From Bugula neritina (lineage: Eukaryota; Animalia; Bryozoa), in contig OZ037770.1 of assembly GCA_964035545.1 (NCBI GenBank), positions 13,382,642-13,446,641 of the forward strand: 64,000 nt of DNA, in the 5' to 3' direction. A model generated the notes under the pieces. That model searched no databases and had not been told where the DNA came from. It saw only the letters and a list, made by a program, of their open reading frames with translations. Below are positions 27,701 through 40,859 of this stretch, in pieces. The position numbers and the translations under genes are program-made. Position 1 is the stretch's first letter, and every line of letters begins with the position of its first letter.

Positions 27701-30700
27701 AGAAGAGAGGCTAGACTGGCTCGAGAGGTAAACACTAGTAAACACTGAATATGAGAGTTATTTCACCTTTAAACTGTTGCTTTACTTGTGTTTGCAGTGT
27801 AAAATATGTTGAGTGGATTCATTCTATGTTATCATTGAAATTAATTAGTCAAACTAATAGAATCTATAAGTGGATTTTGAAATTTTAGCTAATAATATAA
27901 ATGATTTATTTTAAAATTTAAATTATAAATAAAAAGAAAGTCAGTTAAATAATACAGTTTGTTATTTGTTATTCATTCTTTGTTGCCTTTTGCCTGTTGT
28001 TTTGTTGAGTTTACTGTTGAATTGAACTCTGTGATGTGTTGATATGTTCGCTGTGATGTGTTGATATGTTGGAACGCTGTGATGTGTTGATATGTTGATA
28101 CGCTGTCCCCTTTCAGTCGGTCAATGTGCCCGAAGAAGACCAGTCAGATAGAGGCAAGTCTTGGAGGAAACTGAGGAACAGCATGGATAAAATCAAACGA
28201 GTCCTGAAGAATGAGAATAGCCAGTTTACTATTAATGCCAGCAGGTGAGTTGTGTGCTCGTGTTGATTGGTTGCTGGTCGCGTTGGTAGGTGGTGTTACT
28301 TCCTATGGTAGCACAGCAGGGTGTAACTTGTGTTGGCTGATTTTAGAGAAAGAAGGTCAGATTATTTAATTTTTGTGGCAATAATGGATTGTTTCTTTTA
28401 AAGTTATTTAAGTTTGGGTTGCCTGCTGTGCTGTACCACCAACCGATGTGGATAATTCTTTCCAGCCTCCTGGTAAAAGGACGCGAAGAGGGTATAAAAG
28501 TACTTAATATATGCACTTAATATATAGGCTGTAGTCCAACATACTAATTTGTGTGTTTATCACTAGAATTGTCTTCTTTTTGACGCAGGAGAAGCAGCTC
28601 CTCTTCCACAGTACAAGACTCGGACAGGGCAACTAAACTCTGGCTCGGTAAAGACTACGTCAACTGGATCCACAAAGACCTGGACAGTGCCGACGCCCCG
28701 TATCACGGTGTGTATAGCCTCAGGCCCTGGCTAGTCTAACTTAATGAGCTAGAATAAAGCTAGAGCTAGAATAGCTAGAATAGCTAGAAGCAGCGCTGAG
28801 TTGGTGGTCACTGAGTGCAGTGATTGGGGTTTGGGCATCAACGAATACACAACTACTGTACTCTGTCACCCTCAACTCAGTGCTGCTTCTAGCCATTTCC
28901 CTCACATATAGTATACAGTATATACAATAGTATTATTACGATCAGCTGACAGTTAATTATATCTCTTGTCTTGAATGTGAAACTAAAACCGAAGTTGTCT
29001 CCAGCTGTATAAATCTATGCTTCACTTCTCAGACATGGTAGATCGGTTCAGCACGGTGCGCATGCCGTGGCACGACATAGCCTGTGTAGTGTTCAACAGA
29101 GCCGCTACTGATGTGGGCAGGCACTTCATACAGCGATGGAACCACGCTAAGAAAGTGAAAGCCTCGTCTAAGACGAGCTCCAAGTATCCTCTACTCCTTC
29201 CCCGATCCACCAACACTCCGTACAAACGACTCCCGCCTTTCATCAGAGACATGTGCGAACTCGTCAACTGTCAGGTGAACTTCCTGTCTAGCGTAATTGT
29301 TAGCTGTGTTGAAAGTTCTATTTTGAGTTTGACATAATTACACAACCATGCAGTCTGGACATGCTATTGTGTCAATGGTATAGCATATGTTATTTGTATA
29401 GACTTGCTACTATGTTACCATATCGTAATCACACGCACAACCATACTCAGTATGCATTTTGTATATAAAAATATATATCAGTGTACGGTGTAGGTGTATA
29501 TATATATATGTACATTAGTGTACGGTGTAGGTATATATATATGTACATTAGTGTACGGTGTAGGTGTATATATACATCAGTGTACGGTGTAGGTGTATAT
29601 ATATACATTAGTGTACGGTGTAGGTGTTAAGAAGCTGCTCTGGTTGGTCAAGTGGCATGCAGAGACCTGAGACTTCCATATACAATGCTTACATTGAGTT
29701 GATAGAGCAATCTGAGTACTATATCTACATTGAGGTGAGCTTCTGTAATATAATACATCATATAGTACTGTAATATAATACATTATATAGTACTGTAATA
29801 TAATACATCGTATAGTACTGTAATATAATACATCATATAGTACTGTAATATAATACATCATATAGTACTGTAATATAATACATCATATAGTACTGTAATA
29901 TACTGTAGTGTAATATAATACATCATATAGTACTGTAATATATATACTGTAGTGTAATATAATACATCATATAGTACTGTAAGATATATATATATACTGT
30001 AGTGTGATATATACTATAGTGTAATATATACTATAGTGTAATATATACTATAGTGTGATATATACTATAGTGTAATACTCGTATATTCTATAGTGTAATA
30101 TATACTGTAGTGTAATATATACTGTAATATATTATTATATCTACTTGTACTATTCTAGAACCAGTTCTTCATCAGCTGGTGTGGTACGGACGTACAGAAC
30201 TGTATATGTGAGGCACTCGTTAACAGAATAACCAAAGCTCATCAGTAAGTCATTGTATACTTACACATCTACACATAGTATATACTTACACATCAACACA
30301 TAGTATATACTTACACATCTACACATAGTATATACTTACACATCTACACATAGTATATACTTACACATCTACGCATAGTATATACTTACACATCTACAGA
30401 TAGTATATACTTACACATCTACACATAGTATATACTTACACATCTACAGATAGTATATACTTACTCATCTACACATTAGTATATACTTACACATCTGCAC
30501 ATTAGTATATACTTACACATCTACACATAGTATATACTTACACATCTACACATAGTATATACTTACACATCTACACATAGTATATACTTACACATCTACA
30601 CATAGTATATACTTACACATCTACACATAGTATATACTCTGCCCCTGTTACAGTATTACTTTGTTATTCAATAAGCTGTAAGTACTAAGTCTAAAATCAC

Positions 30701-33700
30701 AATGTGTATTACTTACACTATCAAACTTATAGGTTAACACTATTGACACAATATTTGAATTTTTGTTGATAGCAATATTATTCTGTTGGGTATACAAATC
30801 TTTACTAAATTGTAAAATATGTTGATAATGCTGTTCTTCAAAAGTTCTACTGTATCTGTCGCCCTAATCTCCTCTACACTCCTGTTAGGATGAAACAGCA
30901 GTTCCGAGTGTACATAGTGCTGCCGCTGCTGCCAGCGTTTGAAGCTGACCTTGACCCACAAAAGTCAGGGGGCTCCGCCCTATTCTCTGTTCTCTACTGG
31001 ATCCAGCAGTCTCTGATTGGTCACGAGAATTCTTTGTTTAAGAAACTGCGGAGTCACGGTAAGTCATGTGACCTGTATGTGTACTACACTGTGTACTACA
31101 GTATACTACACTGTGTGCTACAGTATGCTACACTGTGTACTACACAGTGTACTACAGTGTGTACTACAGTATACTACACTGTGTACTACAGTATACTACA
31201 CAGTATACTACAGTGTGTACTACAGTACACTACACTGTGTACTACAGTACACTACACTGTGTACTACAGTTACTACACTGTGTACTACAGTATACTACAC
31301 TGTGTGATACAGTATACTACACTGTGTACTACAGTACACTACACTGTGTACTACAGTATACTACACTGTGTACTACAGTATACTACACAGTGTACTACAG
31401 TACACTACAGTATACTACACTGTGTGCTACAGTACACTACACTGTGTGCTACACAGTATACTACACAGTATACTACACTGTATACTACAGTACACTACAC
31501 TGTGTACTACAGTATACTACACTGTGTACTACAGTATACTACACTGTGTACTACAGTATACTACACTGTGTACTACAGTATACTACACTGTGTACTACAG
31601 TACACTATACTGTGTACTACATACTACACTGTGTACTACAGTATACTACACTGTGTACTACAGTACACTACACTGTGTACTACAGTATACTACACAGTGT
31701 ACTACAATATACTACAGTATACTACACTGTGTGCTACAGTACACTACACTGTGTGCTACACAGTATACTACACAGTATACTACACTGTATACTACAGTAC
31801 ACTACACTGTGTACTACAGTATACTACACTGTGTACTACAGTATACTACACTGTGTACTACAGTAGACTACACTGTGTACTACATACTACACTGTGTACT
31901 ACAGTATACTACACTGTGTACTACAGTACACTACACTGTGTACTACAGTATACTACACTGTGTGCTACATACTACACTGTGTACTACAGTATACTACACT
32001 GTGTGCTACATACTACACTGTGTACTACAGTATACTACACTGTGTACTACATACTACACTGTGTACTACAGTATACTACACTGTGTACTACAGTATACTA
32101 CACTGTGTGCTACATACTACACTGTGTACTACAGTATACTACACTGTGTACTACATACTACACTACAGGTGTCGACCCCAATGACTACGTCTCAGTAACT
32201 GGTCTCAGGACTCACGGCTCACTCCAAGGTAAGCCAGTCACCGAGCTGATATACGTGCACAGCAAACTCATGATAGTAGACGACAGGAAATGCATTATTG
32301 GATCAGCCAATATCAATGATAGAAGTCTTTCCGGTGAGTATTTATTCCATACCGTCTGATTCTTAGCTAACTGTTGCTACTGTTTGCTGGTCATCAGTGC
32401 TTTCGATAATTATTATATTTATTCACTGATTTCCATGTATACTGTATAAGTGTGTATACTGTACACACGTGTGTGAAATGCTCACGACTGTTGTTATCCA
32501 ATCAGGTGTGAGAGACAGTGAGATAGCCGTAGTCATTGAAGACGAGTTCTTCCTTCACTCAACGATGTCTGGACAAGATGTGAAAGTTGGCAAGTTCTGT
32601 TACAGTCTCAGAAACAACCTGTTTCAGTGAGTTGAAAATCTCTCTCCCCCACCCGCATGTACTATCAGTTAGTGAGGGGCTCCCTCTCCCCCACCCGCAT
32701 GTACTATCAGTTAGTGAGGGGCTCCCTCTCCCCACCCGCAATTAACTGATGTTTTCATTTCCTTAATCCACAATTAGTTGTTGTTCCTCCCATTGCTCCT
32801 TGAAATGATTCTACTTTTAGTTGAAAATGGTGCAGTTTAAGTAGAGTATCATTTACACAATTTTAACGTTCACTCACTCACTTTTTAGTTTCAAAGAAAA
32901 GGCCAATAGTGTTAGGCAGGAACCCTTTCTGGTCCTCCTATGTTTGAACTGGAAACCATGTGAATGATTGCTATATATGGTGCCATTATACTGTTGTTTT
33001 ATTTACATGAGTAGATAACTTCTCATATGAATTAAATTGTTTTAGAGAGCACCTTGGGCTGAGTGACACGGATTATATACAAGATATCACATGTGAGCAG
33101 TTCTATAAGCACCGTTGGGTCACAACGGCTGCAGTCAACACTTCAATCTATTCAAAGGTATGCAATGTTTAGGAAGAAAAACCTCGCTGCTTTTGAAATC
33201 GCCTTTTGTATTTGTCAATTATACTTCTTATATATAAAATAATATTCTAGCAGTGACACATAAGGGTTATAATATCTTACCAGGGATACATAGGTATATA
33301 ATATTCTACTAGGGATACACAGGTATATAATAATATTCTACTAGGAATACATAGGTATATAATGTTCTACTAGGGCTACATAGGTATATAATATTCTACC
33401 AGGGATACATAGGTATATAATGTTCTACTAGGGCTACATAGGTATATTATATCTATCTATTTATAACATATATTTATTCTAATTATTTGATTCAGGTGTT
33501 CAACTGTCTGCCCTGTGACACAGTTACTTCTTTTCAAGAACTCCGGGCTTACAAGGCCTTGACCTCAATGGCTACTAGTGACCCAGTGGTTGCTAGGCAG
33601 CAGTTGATGAAAGTGCGAGGCAGTCTCGTTATGTATCCCCTGGAATTTCTCAAGAATGAAAAACTTATAAATCATTTGGGAGCCAAGGAAAAAATGATGC

Positions 33701-33720
33701 CCAGTGCCTTTTGGACGTAG
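15751..33720 (+). CDS. PLD1: Phospholipase D (PLD1/PLD2 type; PX, PH and two HKD motifs), more than 20 exons
   Basis: [28 protein letters not shown]; [11 protein letters not shown]...KRSGGRR...[12 protein letters not shown]; [11 protein letters not shown]; HKD1 [27 protein letters not shown]; WLGKDYVN; RMPWHD; YIYIENQFFIS; HKD2 [26 protein letters not shown]; C-terminal PSAFWT*. ATG 15751 is inferred. Probably co-orthologous to PLD1 and PLD2. Confidence 0.95.
16247..16458. mobile_element. Tc1/mariner-type MITE with TA target site
   Basis: TA|cagcgctctctccgtatctcac ... gtgagataaggaggaagttttg|TA, degenerate TIRs; a related copy lies at 20733-20830. Confidence 0.65.
19011..19289. repeat. Perfect 30-bp minisatellite, 9 copies (gtagattatgttagagtactctgtcagcta)
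   Basis: Identical units with no spacers, in a PLD intron. Confidence 0.97.
20733..20830. mobile_element. Internally deleted MITE with triplicated left end (same family as 16247-16458)
   Basis: About 2.5 copies of 29-bp ctacagtgctccctccgtatctcactaag, then the inverted end gtgagatatagaggaaacactgta. Confidence 0.7.
22270..22560. repeat. Degenerate (AGT)n/(ACT)n microsatellite
   Basis: Low-complexity tagtagtactacta tract in a PLD intron. Confidence 0.9.
25539..25710 (+). repeat. 20-bp tandem repeat containing ttctACAG|GTATAG at the PLD HKD1-exon donor
   Basis: Nine AG|GTATAG sites spaced every 20 bp from 25541 to 25701. Confidence 0.95.
29478..29627 (+). repeat. ~30-37-bp tandem repeat containing the splice acceptor (gtgtacggtgTAG|GTGT)
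   Basis: Five copies; the last is the in-frame PLD acceptor at 29623|29624. Confidence 0.9.
29743..30130. repeat. AT-rich 25-bp/16-bp minisatellite filling a PLD intron
   Basis: Units ctgtaatatataatacatcatatagta and tatactatagtgtaata. Confidence 0.9.
30255..30638. repeat. 25-bp minisatellite (gtatatacttacacatctacacata)
   Basis: About 15 near-identical copies. Confidence 0.95.
31078..32168. repeat. ~1.1-kb minisatellite (tactacactgtgtactacagta and variants) filling a PLD intron
   Basis: Dozens of ~19-22-bp units between donor 31058|31059 and acceptor 32168|32169. Confidence 0.95.
33268..33450. repeat. ~30-bp minisatellite (aatattctactagggatacataggtatat)
   Basis: About six copies in the last PLD intron. 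Confidence 0.85.
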
Positions 33721-34673
33721 TAGAGTTTATATTCAATAGTTGCCATAGCAGGTGCTCAGCCAATCAGGTTTCACGTAACAGTATACTGTTTACAAATCGG
33801 CATTTAAGCTGTTTGTAGTTCTTCAGAGTTGTGTCATCCTGGGTGGATTTTACAAGGTGATGTAATATTTTATATACAGGAAACTAAAGTAACTCCTACT
33901 TATATTAGATGTTCTACTTACTATAGCCCTGGATGGTGCCTTTTCACCATTGCTATATATCCCATTTTGCTTGCTAAATATGCCAGTAAAATAAGCCATT
34001 GAGAATGGAATTGTTTTAACCGAGATAATTTGTGCAACTTATGGTCTGCTTCTGAGCTCTCTGAACAAAAAGGCAATAACCTTGATGTTTACGTTTCAAT
34101 ATCAATCAGAAATTGTTGTGTAATTTATTTTTTTATAATTATATTTTTGGGTATTCAGTGCATAAAATTTATATTAGGAGTTATTTATTCACACAGCTTG
34201 CTCAATACTAAACTAAGCTTTGGTGCAAGCCATTCCTATGTTCATAGGTCAAGTACATTACAAGGCAGGTAGATTTCTAACTAGTATTTAGCTTAGATCT
34301 AACTAATATTTATGCCGTTCATACTTACATCTGCAAATAACCCTCAAGACATTTAGAACACGAATTGTATCCAACTTAGAAACTTTCATTTTTACTGTCA
34401 CTCACCATTATGGATACTTATGCAAGTTTTAATGCAGCCGACTTAATTTATACATATTTTTCATCTTTGCATTATTTTAATGTTTTTATACTGCTTTTTT
34501 TGCAACTTCTATTTGAAAGGGAAATGTATATATTACTACGACTATTGCTTTTTATTAGGACTATTGCTTTTTATTAAAACAGCAAACATAAATTATAACA
34601 CATGTATTACGTGTGTGTAATATCGCTGGATTGTAACTTTATAGACAATTTATTATCTTAACTAGTCTGCCAA

Positions 34674-37600
34674 TCAGAGAAAAGCCTCCAAGTTCAGCTC
34701 TAAAGCAGCTGCCGGTAAATTGAGGTCAAAGTTCGCCAGAACCTCTGGGTGCAGCACACCAACCAGTCCCACCACTTTCTCTCTGTACACCACCTCAGCA
34801 CAATGCCCGGGGAAATACGTCGAGTCTGTCAGAGAAATTTAGCAGTGTGAATAGACAGTTCTGTAATGTTGAAGCTAAGTGGCCATTTTATAGCCACGAC
34901 GAGTGCTAACAAATTTTATCCTTACATTTTAAGGCCGTTTGAAGTTTTCAAAGACCACTAAAGTACATTTATTCTCGTGATAAACATTACATATTACGAT
35001 ACAAGATGCTAATAACGTACCCTCTGCTCCTCTGATGTAATATCCTGTCCCGTCTTTGCTGTATTTCACTTCGGCAAGTTGCATGAACCTGTCCAATAGC
35101 CCGTGAACAATCTCAAAGCCAGCCAGCTTGTTATAGTTCACCGCACAAAACCGACGCTCATTCTTAGCTCCCACATCTGTCAACGTGAATATAAGGTAAC
35201 CTAGTCACCTGCCAGAGATGAGTAACTCGTATCTTGTATGGCGTTTCAGTTTTAAAGTGTCATAGACACTAAGCCAAACAAAAGCAAGTTTGTAATCATC
35301 CCCAATATATTCAAGACACATATACACAAAGTTAATTATAAAACTAATACGCTTGACATACTACCCTGAAGTTGTATTTAGCTGATAGTCAAGATATATG
35401 TGAATTGTTGAATAAAACATAACTGTCAGGGATTCTTTAAATAGTGGCAGCTAAAAGTCTATTTAGTTGCGGAAGCCACTGTGCGAACTTTACTACTTTA
35501 CCTGATGCAGATGTCCTGTGTACAACATCTGATATTTCAAACAGTTTCAGTGGAAGAGGCATGTTCTTATTAGAGGATATTGTTTTGAGAATTCCAGAAA
35601 GTAGAGTTGTCCTCACCACCTAAAAGCCGTATAGCTACACTACATAGGTTTACTACTTTGTCTCCACAGAAACATATACTAGCAAATAATGTTATAAGTT
35701 GTAGAGTGGTGAATGCATATCAAGTCTAAGGGTAACCACAGCATTAGCAGATTGAAAAATAAACAGTTGGACAATATCTTTAATAATGTTGAATATTAAA
35801 CTTCATTAAATTTACAAAAATGGGTAATACATGTTGATGTTTTACTATTACCTCATACCTGAAATTCAACAGCCTTAGGATTAGTTATATGAACAGCGGG
35901 GACAGTTGCTATATCCTTCCTTAGTTTCTTTGACACATCATCCGTAGAACACTGGCGACAAGTGAAACAACACGTTACTATCAAAGTGTGTGTACGGAGT
36001 TACTGTACTAGAGGGCTACTATTATACACTAGTGAAAGCCCCATAGCGAATTCAACTGCTTTGGTGAGAAAACAATTGCTGTCATTAGCTAAAGAAATAC
36101 AACATTAAAACCAATAATTACATTATTTTAATAGCAAGTTTTTTATATAAACATTAATTGTAGAGGGCAGACAACTACCATGATTACAAACAATATAAAC
36201 ATGTAGAACAGATGCTCAGTTTAATAGAGAAGACAACTACAACAAAACTATTGAATATTAAGTGAGGTGAGTAGTTGGTCAGACAACTTACCAGTATAAA
36301 TGAGAGGCACTCAGTGAAACCAGCCTGGGCAATCTCGTGTCTCATCAGGTCAGTTACTTTATTTATCTCGTACTGCAACACAACACGGATATATCAAGAG
36401 AGCTAAGGCTAATATTTCTCATCATTGAGAAATTATATAATAAAACAGTAAAGCACTTCAACCAATGATACACCAAGCAGTGTGAAGTATTTGATTTCCC
36501 ACTAAAATATTTCAATACTATTCTTTATTCTATTTATTTCTTTACTCTATATACAAATTCCATTTATCTATTCTATTTTGTTTATTTATTCTGTTTAATT
36601 ATCTCATTTACTAATTTTATTTATTTATTCTATTTAATTATCACTTCTAATGTTGGGTGTAATTACAGACTCTAGCCTTGGCTCCTATCTTCTAGGCAAA
36701 CATGAGTCGGCTTTACTACAAGTAATTTCATAACAAAAGCAGAGGACTATCTTATGATCACCTGTTCCCCGGTAGTGTTGGTCTTAGGCAGGGTTTTGGT
36801 GATGTTGTCGTATCCATGGGCGATGGCCACGTCTTCGACAATGTCGGCCATATGCATTACGTCTGGCCGAGTCGGGGGAACAGTGACTATGATGAAGTCT
36901 GAGTCGTTGGGGTCCAACTTGGCAGGTAAACACATCCGGGAGAGGGAGTTGGCAATCTTGGCATGACTCTCACTACAAGTCAAGTGTACACAAATCAATG
37001 AGATAACTCGTCTAGTATTAGGGAAGTCGTAAACAATACCTCTAGTCTTCGAATTGACATTGTTTTGAACTGATGTTCATAAACTATACACACAGGATGC
37101 AATGGTATTATAATTCCAACATTTGAGATACCAGAATAGCCGTTTCACAAAATTTCATGTAAGAATAAATTTAAAGTATATATTGATTTCATAGTTTATA
37201 CAATAATAAATTTAAAATACTAATAAACTTAAGTGCAACTCGGACTAACTATCACAATCTCCAAATATATCTTTTAAATCGGAACGCAAAGAAGATCAAC
37301 ACCTTTGAACATACCTTTCAGTAAACGAAACATTACACTAAACATAGCAGCTACAGTATAGATACACATAGCCTTAGTACCTGATTCCTACTTTATGGTT
37401 CAAAGCAGGGGCATATACTTTCTCCTCCCTGTAAGGCAGGATGGGATATATCTGAAGACCATCAGGGGACACAACTTCAGCTTTCTCTATTCTAGAATAT
37501 GAGACATTCTGGCTATTACTGAGAGGTTAAATAAATGATGAGCGTAGGGATACGTGACTATTGTATAAAGTCTTGACTCAAGCGATACGAGACGGAACTT

Positions 37601-40600
37601 AAGTAAGATAAGTTTAAACTTGAAGACAATCTTTAACACAAGTAAGTCAAGTTTCAATCCAGTACAGTACAGTAAATTTCTACACTTACTGCATAATAAC
37701 CAAACAATGTTTTATTTTCTTGTTTCACGTCAAAACATAGCTGAATATTCTGTTTACATTACATGTATGAGTTACAGAGATAGCCTGTGATCATGACTTT
37801 GGCGCGACTTACTTGAAGGGGGCGTCACAGTGCTCACTGAACATTGTGACGAGGATGTCGAGGGCTATACGAGCTTTAGTCATGTCGGTGGCAGTCATCT
37901 CGATGAAAACATTACGAGTGTTGAGAGTTATCTTCGAGTGATCTCCTGTCAAACCACAATAGATATAATGTACAAAACTCAAACGAGTTTACAGTCACTA
38001 TTCCTGTGAGAAACCCTAATGAAAAAGGTTTTTTTAAATCAGGCTAAGGACTTTTTCAGATGTGGCACAAGAGCGATTATAACTGAATGCTCTTCCTAAC
38101 ATCACCAATGGGCTTTTTCGGGATCCAAACACATGACTTTGTGTTTACTAAGCCAATGCTCTAAGCCCTATACCTAGATCCAGTGCGATGGGGAGAAAAT
38201 GAACAAAATAACAAAAAGTTAAGTACAAAATGCCTGCCAAGCTTCCATCAACACATAACACTAGCAGCTTTGACTGTATGTGGCTCAGTCCAGTTTATTT
38301 AGTACAAACACAAAAGAAAATAGGGAAAATTATATTTAACCTATATCTGATGTATGTATACATCAGATTTAGGTTAACTAACCATTAATGATGGGAGGCA
38401 TAGAAAGGACAACTCCCTTGGCATCATATATTACTGGATACACAGGGCTGTCCTTTATGATGGGCAAGTAATGCTTCAGGTGGTTGTCTGTCTGCAACAT
38501 TATATAATATATTACATAAAACAATATTACATAATACGATATAGGCCTATAATATAATATTACATAATATAAATCGTATTATTATATATTACATAATTTA
38601 ACACATATTATGATATATACCAAAATGCCTAATAGGCCATTAATTTATAATATATAATATTATATTTCATTATATCATCATAGAAATGTGTTACTGAAAT
38701 AGATGGAGTGACATAGAATGATAAAAATACATGGCCAATTGAGTTCAACCACTCTGCAATAAAGAATCTAAACAGAAAGCAAATTACCGAATACAGTTCC
38801 ATCAGCTCAACAGCAGTGTACTCCCTCTCTTTATTCAGAGGCCTAAACTTTATATCCTGAGGTGGCAGAGCTTTGTATACAAAAGGTCCCTGAATCGTGT
38901 CAAGGTCATGAGTTCCTATGGCAACTAATGTTCTTTGTCTAACAATCCAAAGTAAACAATATCGGGTGCGATTATTGAGTAAAGTATAAAGTTACCTAGA
39001 TATTTAGTAAACCAATTATTAACTTTATTATTCACACATTCTCCCTCAAGAATTCTGACACATAAAATTCATACATTATTAAGTTATTTACAATATACAT
39101 GCTTTTAGGCTCAATATAGAACTGATACTGAGAACTGCTAACTTTAACTCTTAATATTGCCATCAGCAATTGAGCCATCATCCCGATTTAATTCAAGACA
39201 TGTATGCACAGTATTTATTATAAAAACAGTATACTTACACATATCACCCTGAAGTTGTATTTAGCTGATGGCCAAGATATATGTGAATAATTTATGACTG
39301 CATAAATTTAACAAATCAAAGAGTTTTTATTCAGTGTAATGCCTTAATTAGAGCTGGAACAATTTATCCGCTATGATACAACCTCTCCTTTTAAAATCGA
39401 CAAGTTACATCACATCGTCGTCTGTGACTCAACTTTCTCGCATTTCAACAATTGAGAGTATGGCCATACCTGCACAGGTTTTGGTGAAGTTTGTCCTGTA
39501 ACTCGATGAAACTAGCGTATCTCTCGGGTGTGAAAGTGATGTTTCTGAGAACGGCAGCGACAGCGTAGGGCCTAATACACTCTGTCTGAAATAGACAACA
39601 GGACCGACTGAAGACCGTCTGCTGAACAGGTCAAGGAAAAGGATGTAAGAGAGCTACAATTGGGATGGCTGTGAAACAGAGAGAAGATAACTTACTGAGG
39701 GGTCTACGACAAGACGCTGTCGGCAGCCTGTGGAAGGTTCTAGAGCTTCATAGACTGGCGGCTTCATCCTAAAATATCATCAGATATGTAAGAGAAGGTA
39801 GCAAAGCATTCTTCTATTTTTTCAAAGTGCAGATTTGTTAAGGAAATGTTCAGAAGATGAGGGGAGAACCCAATTCCCTGAACCGGCCTGATTATAGATT
39901 TTTTCCAGTCTACTTTAATGAACAACATGAAATTGTCGACTTGAAAAACATGAAATAGATTGAATAACGAGTACTGTAGTAATTAAGCTTTCAAAGTGCA
40001 ATACTTTTTTATTATATTTGAACCAATGAGTGGAAGGAGATATTATTGAAAAGTGTAAACATACTCACCGACTAAGAAACACATTGAGACCTCTAGATAT
40101 CCCTTCCAGACAGAGTAAATCATATCTGTTTGCTGGTATGTCTAGCTTGTATATCACTGAGGTATCTGCTCCTTTAGCTTTCTCCTCACCCTGCTCCTTC
40201 GCTATAGCCTCATAGTCAGATGTCTGTAAATATGTGAAACAGAGGGGGGGGGTATATTATCTTATTCAATCCATCTCCTGAGGTAAAGTTGTATTATCAT
40301 GAAAACCATGTTTAAAACAGATAATCAAAGTGATACTGACTTTGGTTGAATATGTTATTACAATTGATCTCTACTCACCACTTCATCAAGTTCTAGTCCA
40401 TACTCAAAGCAGAGCTCATCAAACTCTTCATCCGCTGCAATAATAGTAAAGTACAACATCTTATTTATGCAGCTAACAACTGCTGGGCAGTATTTTAGTA
40501 AACTGGTTTGTTTTCAACATTTCTGACCAATTATACCTACAATAACATGTGCATAAAACCCAGTAAAAGAGCTTAAAATTGCCAACAAAACTTTTCAACT

Positions 40601-40859
40601 AAAGCTAAAAGTAAAATAGTAATTATACTTATATCTATAGTAATTATTAACATTTTTATTCTATAAAATTTATTAATATATTTATTTCATGTAGCACACT
40701 CATTGAGAATACTTTGAAAAATTTATATCATCAATATCATATCAACATTCACAGTTTTGTAGTTATAGCAATTGCGAATTAGACTTCAAATATTTACTCA
40801 CTGTAGTTGCGATCTAGAGCTTTGCAAATAGCTTCTTTCTTTATGCCGACTGTTGGCAT
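34674..40859 (-). CDS. FARSB: Phenylalanine--tRNA ligase beta subunit, cytoplasmic, about 15 exons
   Basis: MPTVGIKK start; [18 protein letters not shown]; [17 protein letters not shown]; [13 protein letters not shown]; [13 protein letters not shown]; [10 protein letters not shown]; [23 protein letters not shown]; [13 protein letters not shown]; [11 protein letters not shown]...[10 protein letters not shown]. Confidence 0.97.
37975..38180 (-). mobile_element. tRNA-derived SINE-like repeat, family A copy 2
   Basis: Reverse complement aligns with 7941-8140 (cattggt.atgtta.gaag.gcat.cagt.ataat.gctc.tgtgcca ... ggtttctcacagg.atag.gact.taaact). Confidence 0.65.

Noticed and set aside
31017-32198. 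Several overlapping YYT/LHC-rich ORFs as independent genes
   Set aside because: All frames are open because of the minisatellite; there is no independent start or splice context.
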